This document shows, piece after piece, positions 12,201 to 22,173 of a stretch of 64,000 nucleotides of DNA (positions are counted from its first letter, which is position 1; every line of letters starts with the position of its first letter). The DNA comes from Selaginella moellendorffii. Taxonomy: Eukaryota; Plantae; Lycopodiophyta. The translations under genes and the position numbers were made by a program. The notes beneath the pieces were generated by a model that saw only the letters and a program-made list of their open reading frames with translations, had not been told where the DNA came from and made no database searches. The stretch is from the NCBI RefSeq assembly GCF_000143415.4, contig NW_003314343.1:186813-250812 (forward strand), in the 5' to 3' direction.

Positions 12201-12391
12201 GGTGGATAATGTTGTGCATGGTTGGATGCGGAAGCAGAGTGCCACCATCACCTTGCCAGACCATGCAAGAGATGCAGCAAGAGCATTCATAACCCGGGTT
12301 CAAGGTGAGATTCATGAATATTCCTTTACTAAGTTTCTAATGTATTTTATTTCAAGGTGAGCAATCCGAATCTGAATCAGAGGAGGCGTGA
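9251..12391 (+). pseudogene. DDD transposase, Sola-like/DUF7869 type, with two N-terminal Tnp1/EnSpm-like domains and a C-terminal SH3/BAH-like domain; disrupted
   Basis: Motifs CCKRRCC, VCMKAWRIIYG, FSKCDEC, LCIIHDKMDQ, LL*TDNAGSENKN and GFLMVGHTHEDVDAMFS. In-frame stops at about 10088 (TAG), 11176 (TAA) and 11566 (TAG). Frame change between about 10990 and 11150 (intron or frameshift). Last intron 12305-12356, then GEQSESESEEA*. Confidence 0.8.
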
Positions 12392-13029
12392 TGGCATGTG
12401 GCCTTACGCCATTCCTAGGTGAGATAATACAAATAACAAGTATAAATTCTTAGTTGTTCTAGCAAATCTTACTTAAAGTTCAAGGTGAACAAGCCGAATA
12501 TGAATTCATCGGATTGCTATAACAAATTGCGAGGTGATGGCATGAGGCGATACGCCATTTGAGAGTGGTAGCCATTCCTATATGAGGTGAGTGAAGTATT
12601 TATTAGAAATACCTCATTCAATTGTGCACTTCTAAGTCTTGGTCCACTTAGTACTGTTTGCATGTTTTTATTTTAATTCTTTCTCTAAAATGTTATTTAG
12701 CATGTGGCTTCATGCCATTGCTCTCCACAATCATGCATTGAATTTCTATCCTTGCATAATACTTCTCCATATATATAGCATGTGCGCATATGTGATATGG
12801 TTCATTAGGCCTGATATAGTGTGTGAGGTAAAACAAAGATGATGTGACATATGCATTTACCAATCACACGTGCATAAATCTAATAATATGGCGTGTGGCC
12901 CATATTAATGGCACATAAACCCATATTGTGGGCTTACGTGCTTTATGTACCATCATTCCCTTGCAGCGTGTGTGTTGGTTTCCTTTTATAACACAACGAA
13001 CTCCATATTTTAGGGTGAAGAGTGTTCTC

Positions 13030-13287
13030 ATGGCAAGCACAAAATCTGTAAGTGAGGCAGAAATGGAGACGGAGAAGGAGATAGGTGAAGATGTAGAATA
13101 TATAAGTCTTCCAAACTCCCCGTACTATACTCCAGGTGATCATTTTTCTGAACAAATGGCAACATTAACAACTATCGAGAACGCCCCAGTAACGTTAGAG
13201 ACAACAATCCAAAGCAAAACAACTGACCCGGAGAAGGATGATAGTACCGCTGAGAGTACCAAAAAGGAGGTGTCCACTAGCGCTTAG
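13030..13287 (+). CDS. Hypothetical small acidic Thr/Glu-rich ORF or exon within the element
   Basis: 85-codon open frame with protein-like composition, preceded by a TTTTAG acceptor and followed 7 bp later by a palindrome copy. No recognisable family. Confidence 0.3.
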   Translation: MASTKSVSEAEMETEKEIGEDVEYISLPNSPYYTPGDHFSEQMATLTTIENAPVTLETTIQSKTTDPEKDDSTAESTKKEVSTSA

Positions 13288-16200
13288 GCTTATAATGGCG
13301 TGTGCCCTCATGCCATTTACTTGATCACCAAATACCTTTTTCCCTTTGTACTAGTATATCTTAATACCGGTCTGAGAAATAGAATGGCATGTGCCCTCAG
13401 GCCTTTTACTAAATCACCTTTGAAAGAAATGCAAGCCTCTATGTCGTAAAAAAAAGGTACTAGAGAAATTCCTTAATAATATGAATGTTATTTAGTTTCA
13501 TGAAAATACACTAAGGGTCAAATGAGTTAAATGACTTCTCCAGACTAGCAATGCCTCTTGCTACACCTTCACAATTAGATTCGTTAGAAAAAGATAACAT
13601 TGAATAATATCTAAATGTTCTCACCATTAAGTTATATGTCTGGCTAATAGGAATGACGTTCATCTTGGAAAGCTCACCACACGCTCAATGAACAAACAAA
13701 TAGTGTGTGCACGCATGCCATCGCTCTTCTTTAGCTTCAGATTCGGCTTGTTCACCTTGACAATGAGATTTATTATACAACCAGATGGACTCAGTCTGGA
13801 CATAAAGTCACCGTGCTAGTCACCATGCCCCAGATATGTCTAGCCCCTGGACAAAAAACATATAATTTCACGTCATTTTCAAATACTTGAAAATTTGTAC
13901 CTAGTCCCATTTTACTAGATAAATCCCACTTTAACGAAATAGAGCTTTTACAGCCTTAAATCCCACAGGCCACTTGGAATATTCCCATAGTTCGTGTCAG
14001 CTTCTTTCTATGCAAGGGATCTCATCATTGGTGGATTTCATGGTGGTGGATTTCCAGCATGTGAACTCCCACTCCCTCACCAATCTTATCATCTTGGGAC
14101 ACATATGGCACCTCCAAGAAAATGCTAAGACATACTGGAAGCAGGGAATGATGCAAATTAGTGATCATATTAAGACCACCAAATTCTATAATACTCATAG
14201 CTACTCCTTGCACAAGACAACTCCAACTCCTACTCCTACTCCTGCTACTCCCCAGACTCCAACACATACAGCTTTTCCAACTAAGTTGGCTATTCTTCCT
14301 TGAGCTCCTTGGTAATCCATTTCTGCCAGAAATGGAGGTATATAGCAACACTACCATCCATGATTTTTCTGTGTCAACTACAAACCAATCAGTACCAAGA
14401 CACATAGATGACAGCAACTCCACCTCTCCTACAAGGCCTATCCAAGCTCAACATTGCTTACCTCCTGTAACCTTCCCATCACCACAAGGTATGCCACACC
14501 CCTACAGTTCACTAGGATATCCCAATTACACTAGCAGGGCAGCTACATGTGAGCTTGGATGCAGATTTTCCCCCAATGGTTTTACATAACACACTTAAGT
14601 GCACTTTTTTAGGACCTACAGTTTTAATAATGGCTCTTTCCTGTGAAGAACATGGATCTTCTCACTCATGCCATGATGAACATGATGACACTTCTAGCAG
14701 TCCAGCAGTCAGGGCCATGACTTTCAATGACTTCCCATGCTTTTCCCTCCTCAGCAAGGGAAAAGCATGTGGCATTTCCCTTGCTGAGGAGATCCCAACC
14801 TCTCAAAGTCATTTATTTGGACCTCATATCCATCATGCTGTTTGCTCTTGTCTACTAACTTTACCTTTCTAGGACATGCTCACAGATCCATGTACTTTAT
14901 CATGGATCCCTACAAGCTCAACGAACAACACTCTTGCAATTGCTTAGTCCATTATCTCGACTCCAAGTCTTTTTCCTCACCATTAAGGAGCCTCACTCAA
15001 AGATCTAAGCTCCTCATAGCACCACTTGAATATGGCACATACTAGTTATGGAGCACAAGGTGGTGCATCCCTCAAAGTTGGTAGGCCCACAGCTCCAATC
15101 TGTGTTTTTGACTTTTAACTATTACAAGTGGTAAAAACAAGAAAAGACAAAGAAAAACCAAGAGAAAAACTGAAAAAGTGAAAAGAGAAATGGAGTGTGA
15201 AGTTCTAGGTTAAAGGGAAAATCACTTAGTCCAACTTTATTGGCAATTAAGTATTACCATTTGATGTTGACATGTGATGGTCCCAGGAGTGGGCCAATAC
15301 TCGAGGAGTTGCATGTCAAGAGAGCATGGCTCTCCACTTTAGTTTACACATGAATTTATAAACAATGTGATGGATAGAAAGGGGCTATTAAATGAATAAC
15401 TTTGGGATTTTGGGAATTGTAGAAGGTTTTCTTCAAAAAGTTGAGGATGTGATCTATATAAACATTTGACTTATCAAATTGACTAATATAGTTGTGGTAA
15501 ACAACTATAGTTGAAATCACAAAAAGGATAGAGATTCTGAGACAATAAAAGAATCACAAAAATATCTTCACATAGTTGAGGATGGTGCTCATGAATTTGA
15601 GATTAAAGTTAATGATCATGGGAGGTCAAATATAGATGAAGATATATATGTTTAAAATGGTGGTTAGGGCTACTTTTAATAAAGGCTAGAGGCTAGAATA
15701 ACCCAAGGAGTTAGGGGGGGGTTGGTGTTTTAATCACATGGAAGAATAGTTTTAAGGAGAAAAAGTAGCCATATGAAATGAAGGATAATCAATATGGTAG
15801 CACCTCAAAAAGTAGCTATGAGGCTAAGACTTTACAAAATGTTAGATTAACAAAGTCCAAAAAGCTAGATGGCTTAGTGAAGTCAAGAGATGGTCCCAAA
15901 GGCTTAGAGGAAACACATTTAAATAAAAGTGTGTTATACTTGATAAAGGATTTAGAAGATCACGAGATCTAAGAATGAGAATAATGGATTTTGGGCCTTG
16001 ATCTAGTGGCAATGTTGGTGAGCATTACTATGGACAAAAGGATTTGATAGGGACTGGGATATTAGGGAAGGGTGTTCCTTATATCTCTGGGCATCCTAAG
16101 GATGCTAACGTGTAGTCATCGAATGTTCACTTATAGATGGGTGATGCAATCTTTGGGAGATAAAACTATGGTACGGGTGGTCTTGAATTACTAACGAGAC

Positions 16201-16622
16201 AAAAGTAAATAGATATAGCTTTAGCGTAATAAACTAATATGTTAATAGTACCTTTGTGTGTCTATTGTGGGATCAGATGCATGGAGCACTTAGATTAAGT
16301 GGAAAGGCTGAATAGCATAGTGGCCATTTATAGGGCTAATAAGTCCCCAAGTTACAAATAGGACTTAATGAGGTTGTGAGTACTCCTCCAAGTGGTTAAA
16401 TATATGGTTAAATGACTAAAATAGAATGGAAAATTTAGTTGTTTACATTCTTCTTGCTTAAGCATTTAGAAAAAATATGGGGAGAAACTAACAAGAAAGA
16501 ACAAAGATAATCTTTTGTATTGGAGCATTAATTATATGTGTCTAACAAGTTAATTATTTTTAACAAAATATAAAAGTATTTAGAATCTAGAGATATATGA
16601 GAATCTTAAAGAGTGATTGTAA

Positions 16623-17726
16623 GAGGAATAATACTGTTGAGATAAATAAGGTTATGAGTGAAAGGCACCAATCAATCAGAAGAGTTGTAGCATTGATAAC
16701 TTATTCTCCTTCTCAAGTATACTGTTTACAGAGGGACATNNNNNNNNNNNNNNNNNNNNNNNNNNNNNNNNNNNNNNNNNNNNNNNNNNNNNNNNNNNNN
16801 NNNNNNNNNNNNNNNNNNNNNNNNNNNNNNNNNNNNNNNNNNNNNNNNNNNNNNNNNNNNNNNNNNNNNNNNNNNNNNNNNNNNNNNNNNNNNNNNNNNN
16901 NNNNNNNNNNNNNNNNNNNNNNNNNNNNNNNNNNNNNNNNNNNNNNNNNNNNNNNNNNNNNNNNNNNNNNNNNNNNNNNNNNNNNNNNNNNNNNNNNNNN
17001 NNNNNNNNNNNNNNNNNNNNNNNNNNNNNNNNNNNNNNNNNNNNNNNNNNNNNNNNNNNNNNNNNNNNNNNNNNNNNNNNNNNNNNNNNNNNNNNNNNNN
17101 NNNNNNNNNNNNNNNNNNNNNNNNNNNNNNNNNNNNNNNNNNNNNNNNNNNNNNNNNNNNNNNNNNNNNNNNNNNNNNNNNNNNNNNNNNNNNNNNNNNN
17201 NNNNNNNNNNNNNNNNNNNNNNNNNNNNNNNNNNNNNNNNNNNNNNNNNNNNNNNNNNNNNNNNNNNNNNNNNNNNNNNNNNNNNNNNNNNNNNNNNNNN
17301 NNNNNNNNNNNNNNNNNNNNNNNNNNNNNNNNNNNNNNNNNNNNNNNNNNNNNNNNNNNNNNNNNNNNNNNNNNNNNNNNNNNNNNNNNNNNNNNNNNNN
17401 NNNNNNNNNNNNNNNNNNNNNNNNNNNNNNNNNNNNNNNNNNNNNNNNNNNNNNNNNNNNNNNNNNNNNNNNNNNNNNNNNNNNNNNNNNNNNNNNNNNN
17501 NNNNNNNNNNNNNNNNNNNNNNNNNNNNNNNNNNNNNNNNNNNNNNNNNNNNNNNNNNNNNNNNNNNNNNNNNNNNNNNNNNNNNNCTTCTCACAAAAGA
17601 ATGAATTTTCTTGAAAAGAAGAGAGTATGGAGATGAGAGGGAGAATAAGTTATCAATGCTACAACTCTCGTGATTGATCAGTGCTTTTCACTCATACCTC
17701 TATTCATCTCAGCAGTATTATTCCTT
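16623..17726. repeat. Inverted repeat arms (about 16623-16715 and 17634-17726) flanking the gap
   Basis: AGAGTTGTAGCATTGATAACTTATTCTC on the left is the exact reverse complement of GAGAATAAGTTATCAATGCTACAACTCT on the right. Similarity extends over about 90 bp or more. Confidence 0.88.
16740..17586. other. Assembly gap (N run)
   Basis: Continuous Ns. Confidence 1.
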
Positions 17727-20145
17727 TCATAATCAATTACACATATCTTAATATCTAAAGTATTGAATGATTGTATCCATTAATCACCATCGAAATGAAT
17801 GAAAATTAAAACCATTGATCATAACTATTGATTTTTAAAGTTTTATAACTAGAGTTTGAGCAGAGAAAGGTGTGTTTGAGTAGGGAAGGGGTGAAAGAAA
17901 GATGTTTCAATCTTGCAATGTGCTTCAAGATGCTCTTCAATTAAAATATGCTTCCTTGAAAAGGTCAATTTGCATGCAAACCAGCGTCTTCCCACTTTCT
18001 TTCTTCCACTAGAGGTTTTTTTTTCTTGATTTTTGTTTTCTCTTGAGGGATGGAGATGTTGGTTCTCATGCAAACTGACATCTTTTAGCATTCTATTTAG
18101 TTTTTAACAGCTGGTGGAACTGGAAGGGATTATGCTGAGGTTGATGCAAATGACACATTCTTTGAGTGTGAAAATGAGCAAGAGGAATAATTAAGAAGAA
18201 GGTTAGTAATATTATCATTTATTTTGCATGGAGAACTAAGAATTAAACTATGCTTTGCAATGGCAATGATGAAAAGTTGAAGACATTTTAAAAGTACCAC
18301 CAAATATTAGATCTGCATTTACCTACTATATGCCACTCAAGATGCTCCAAAAGCAACCCCTTCTAGTTCAAGAGACACAAGTAGTACTTTGCAAGGTGGA
18401 GCTCTCCCGCCTTCTCTTGAGATGCAAGTGCCTTGGAGACAGCAGTTTTTGAAAAGACCTAGGATAAATTTTGAAGGAGGTGAAACAAGTAGCAGGAGAA
18501 TAAAAGCTAAGGCACCAACAACATTTTTAACTCTAAGTCCGTTGCCTCCAACTCAAGCTTAAACTCCCGCTTTTCCAATAGCTCATGCAACTGCACAAGC
18601 TTCTTCACCAACTCAAGTGACAAACCAAAGAAAAGTCACAGATATAAATGCACTTTCAAGGTTGCAGTGACAATGTTGAAGAAACAAGTGTAAGTTTTTT
18701 TCATCTCTTTTTCTATTCAAGCCTTGAATTGTTAAACATTGTAGGATTCTCTCACGAAGTGTTATACTCTAAAAAGCTTTGATGTAATGAACTTGAATAA
18801 ATAGAATGAAGCTGTGTAATAACTTCTGTACCATAGCAATCATTGCTTGTCTAAACTGTACAATATACATTGATGAAAAGTTGGCCAGCTGGCTGGAACC
18901 TGCCTCCAGTAGGTTCTAGCTACCGGAAATTGCCAGTCTCAAAGTCAAACATATTTTATTAACAGTAAAAGTTTTCCGGGCATTGGACAACATAAAAATT
19001 CCATTTTGCCCCCTGAAATTCACCCTTACTTTGGAAGTACTTGATAAGGTTAGAGGTGGTGTAGAGGATCTTTTCTAATCATGCTCGAGGAGGGATTTGC
19101 AATCAAGCATATGCAGTTGGTGGAGTTATGGTGAAGGGCAGCATAACTAGTATATTAGCTAGTGTTTGAGGTTCGTTGCTTATGCTTTAAAGTGTTTACT
19201 GGCAATCTTCTGTCTTGAGTTGGGATTTCCAGTGTGTTTTTGGAGTGTGGGCTTAAAGCTTGCGCACATGCTTTAAGCTGAGTTGCCTTGTGTGAGAGTT
19301 GCTGGTGTTGTTTTCTTTGCATATGGGGAATCCCCTTGTGCAACATCTAGGGTTAGAGCAAGCACTTCAATACCCCACCATTTTTGTGGTTTTTGCAGTC
19401 AGTTGGGGAAATCCAATATATCTAAGAGTTCAATGAGTGTCTGAGTGAGAGTTTAACACTGGCATCACTTTTTTTCCTAGCTGGGACTCTTTCTGGTCAT
19501 GCCTTTGCTTTTCTGGCAGCTCTTCTAGAGCTGGGTAGGATCAATGCTAGGGCCTGACTGAGACTTGGCCGACGCTTTCACACTTTCCAGGTCTAACTGT
19601 CTGCCTGGTGACATGTGGGCTAGTTGCAATGAGTTCAATTGTACAACTATGGGCAAAGAATTTCCTTAGTCCCTAATGAGGATTTCTAGCCTGCTTTGAC
19701 TTTTGTGCCAAAAGCTATTTTTGATATATAAGAATCAGTATAATACTTTTTTGAAACCTGAAGAATTTTGTATTTATAGGAGGAGGACCTTGAAAGACAG
19801 AAGTTAGACTGATTAGCTGCCTCAAGATGCAAGAAAAGTGAGAATAGGAAATTTAGAAGAAGCCAGCTTTCGGACATTTAATAGAAACTTTGTGTTTACA
19901 CTTATGACTGGTAATTTTATCATCCTTCTATATTTAAAAGAGCAAGGGCAACATATTCAATCGAGATTCGTTTTGAGCTTAATGGTGGAGATGAAGACAC
20001 GTGGGAAAAAACAGTTGAGAATGGAACGTTTTTATTTTTTTAGGGTAAACCAGTTTTTTCGATGGTAAACCTGTTTTTTTTAAGCATTTTTCCAGGAGCA
20101 CTTATGTAATTCAGCATTTCACCGCGGTTGCACGCCATGAAGTTT

Positions 20146-20298
20146 GCTGCTCTGATCAACCAGGTATGAGATGAGTTTTTCAAATCTATCTTGTGGTGAT
20201 GTTTCTTCTTTTTTTGCTGCCAGAAATGCTATATGAAGAATAAAGACTTGGATGGTATCTACGTGAGCAAGAAGGGGACAATTGCAGTGGAAGAGTAG
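20146..20298 (+). pseudogene. RPL9: Captured 3' fragment of 60S ribosomal protein L9 (uL6)
   Basis: AALINQ | intron 20164-20223 | KCYMKNKDLDGIYVSKKGTIAVEE* matches the L9 C-terminus ([24 protein letters not shown]) with a small deletion. Confidence 0.8.
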
Positions 20299-20461
20299 CT
20301 TATGGTATGAGGACGTGTTTCCTCTTATGTTTGGTTTTTTTTGGAAGCCAAACGAGGACTGATTGATTAAATTAAATATCTAGAAAACTTTCTTATAGAT
20401 TCGTTCCAAGACTTAAGAAAAGATCTAACTACTCTTAAGAACCGAGGCCCCTTGCCCGGAG

Positions 20462-20887
20462 CTAGAGCAGCAGTTTGTTGCTTGGCAGTTTCACCACCTG
20501 CTTGAAGTACTTGACCGGTATGGAGCCACTACTGAAGATCAAGACATTCTTTGATGTGTAGAACTCGATGCTCCTGTCCTTGCAAGCTTTCTGGAAGTTA
20601 ACAGTGATGAGAACCTCGCTGGAGTTGCACATGCTACTCGCAATCTTTGCATCCGGCACTGCCATCACTAGATACATTGGGTTCGAGCTCAGAGCCATGC
20701 GGATCTCCTCCAGTTCCTGTTTGGATGTGCTGTAGACACAAACTGGGGACTTCTCAATCTTCTGGAACAGCTGCTCGGTCTCACCATCAGGTGCCATTGG
20801 TTCCTGGAGTGTTCCGATGTAAAGTGCTCCTGTTTTGTCCACCATCTTGGTCAACTTTTTAGTCAGCTTGTCCATCGCCTTGATCAC
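20462..20887 (-). pseudogene. Tpt1/KptA (RNA 2'-phosphotransferase) NAD-binding-lobe-like ORF, diverged
   Basis: SSMCNSSEVLITVNFQKA...IEFYTSKNVLIFSSGSIPVKYFKQV resembles Tpt1 SGMR..S.VLI.ID..KA...GI.FY.S.N.VIL..G.IP..YF. The HGT and RxHxH motifs are not retained. Confidence 0.55.
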
Positions 20888-21632
20888 CTCGCAGCAGTGT
20901 GGGAGCTGAGAGGTACACCTGACTTAACTCAGATCTCTGTGGAACAGAACAGGCAGCTCCTCCTTGAAAGTCCTGATGGCATAGCCTATCTCCATCTATA
21001 AGTCTCAAGCTTCTGCTCTTGAAAAGTGTGCTGCCAAGGACTTGAAGGTAACATCTAAATATAAAACGTATCAGCATTTGAAATTTGGTGGTTGCCAACC
21101 CTGCCAAAACTAATGCATTGATCCTCAAGGATTTTGCCCCTTCCATTCCTGACAAGAACATCACTTGAAGGTTGTTGTTTTTAACGTTACATATGACAGA
21201 TGTCGTTCCTATTTATACAGCTCAAGCAAGCTAAGGAAGATTTGCGAAGCACAAAGGCAAAACATGAAGACTTTCAGAAGCAAGTTGTAAGAATCTCATG
21301 AGAACTGAGTTTTACAGCTTATCATCCCTTTACTAAATCGGCCATAGTCTATTGTTTAGCAAGATTGGCCAAAGTTAATGTTATAAGCCTCATTATAATA
21401 AGAATCAAGCAGTGTCTATCACTTGTAGTTTAGATCCACTACCTTCTAAACCTCCTCAAAATCTGTGCATACTTGCACACATCTTGGATACCAGAAATCC
21501 CAACACATTGCAATGCAGTCCCGGCATGCTGCAAATTTGGAGAGCCAAGTGCTGAATTTTCTACAAAATAAAGAGTAGGATCTTAAAAGGCTTCTTGAAT
21601 GTTCTTTCGTTGCTGCTCTACAGTTATCTAGC

Positions 21633-21963
21633 ATGTTAGGTGAAAGTCTGCAAGAATTCACCAGCAATCGTCCAGTCTTGAGCATGTTGCTACCAACTCT
21701 AAAGCTATGTACAGTTGACCAGCTTCTAGCTTTGTATGAGCACTGGGTCGTGGTGCAGGGATTTATCTGGGGAATCAACTCCTTCAATCAATGGAGTGTG
21801 AACTTAGCAATGTAAACTTGGCTTTCCATCATCTGAAACTAATTGAAAATCCAACCTTTTCAGGTGCTTGCATCCCGAGTTTGCATACAGATGAATGCTT
21901 CACAAAAAAACGAAAGCCCATAGAAGGATCTAATAGTCCACAATGCTAACCGTTATTTAAAGG
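21633..21963 (+). pseudogene. pgiC: Captured C-terminal fragment of cytosolic glucose-6-phosphate isomerase (two exons)
   Basis: [13 protein letters not shown]...[27 protein letters not shown] matches the PGI signature (GNRPSLSLLL...[23 protein letters not shown]). The next exon VLASRV... follows an intron-like spacer. Confidence 0.85.
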
Positions 21964-22173
21964 TGAGAGAACTTGGGCAGAGCATGACTTCATAACTTTT
22001 TGATAATGAGTGAGCTCTTGAGCTTTGCAAGTACATCACTGCTAAAGAACACATGCAATCCGTGCTGCAGCACAACCCGGGTTGCTGAATAATATCTTAT
22101 TGCCGAATGTAACGAAGGAAATGATTTAAGATGAATGAACTTGATGGGAAAAGGGCACTGAATAAAGTGTTAC

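Larger units (their letters stand above)
1798..13721. repeat. Dispersed 22-bp palindrome, consensus ATGGCRTGWGGCCWCAYGCCAT, about 27 copies
   Basis: Copies start at about 1798, 1873, 3103, 3294, 3435, 4907, 6184, 6244, 6321, 7092, 7227, 7386, 7465, 8322, 8394, 8979, 9077, 9147, 10993, 11049, 12391, 12537, 12697, 12888, 13295, 13384 and 13700. Some are partial or degenerate. Confidence 0.92.
1283..13760. mobile_element. Large DNA-transposon-like element: transposase, divergent ParB/MTase/FCP1-like gene and dispersed palindromes; termini unresolved
   Basis: Contains a DDD transposase gene. One element-specific 22-bp palindrome is spread across both genes, the spacer and the downstream region, and was not seen outside. 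No TIR or TSD was identified, and the left end is hidden by the LTR insertion. Confidence 0.65.

Noticed and set aside
1798-13721. CRISPR array interpretation of the palindromic repeats
   Set aside because: Spacing is irregular (about 60 bp to 1.8 kb), repeats lie in spliceosomal introns, there are no cas genes, and the DNA is eukaryotic.
13760-13900. Right TIR of the large element (small hairpin CCAGA...TCTGG near 13781-13799)
   Set aside because: There is no left partner in the window to compare, so it cannot be supported.
13900-16570. Assigning this decayed region to a specific retroelement (gag-like hints near 14100-14300)
   Set aside because: Too degenerate; no RT, integrase or convincing zinc-knuckle motif is readable.
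16597-17604. 335-aa and 293-aa ORFs across the gap
   Set aside because: Artefacts of translating Ns.
17770-19900. hAT/MULE remnant
   Set aside because: Looks TE-derived and CG-poor, but no diagnostic motif or paired termini could be confirmed.
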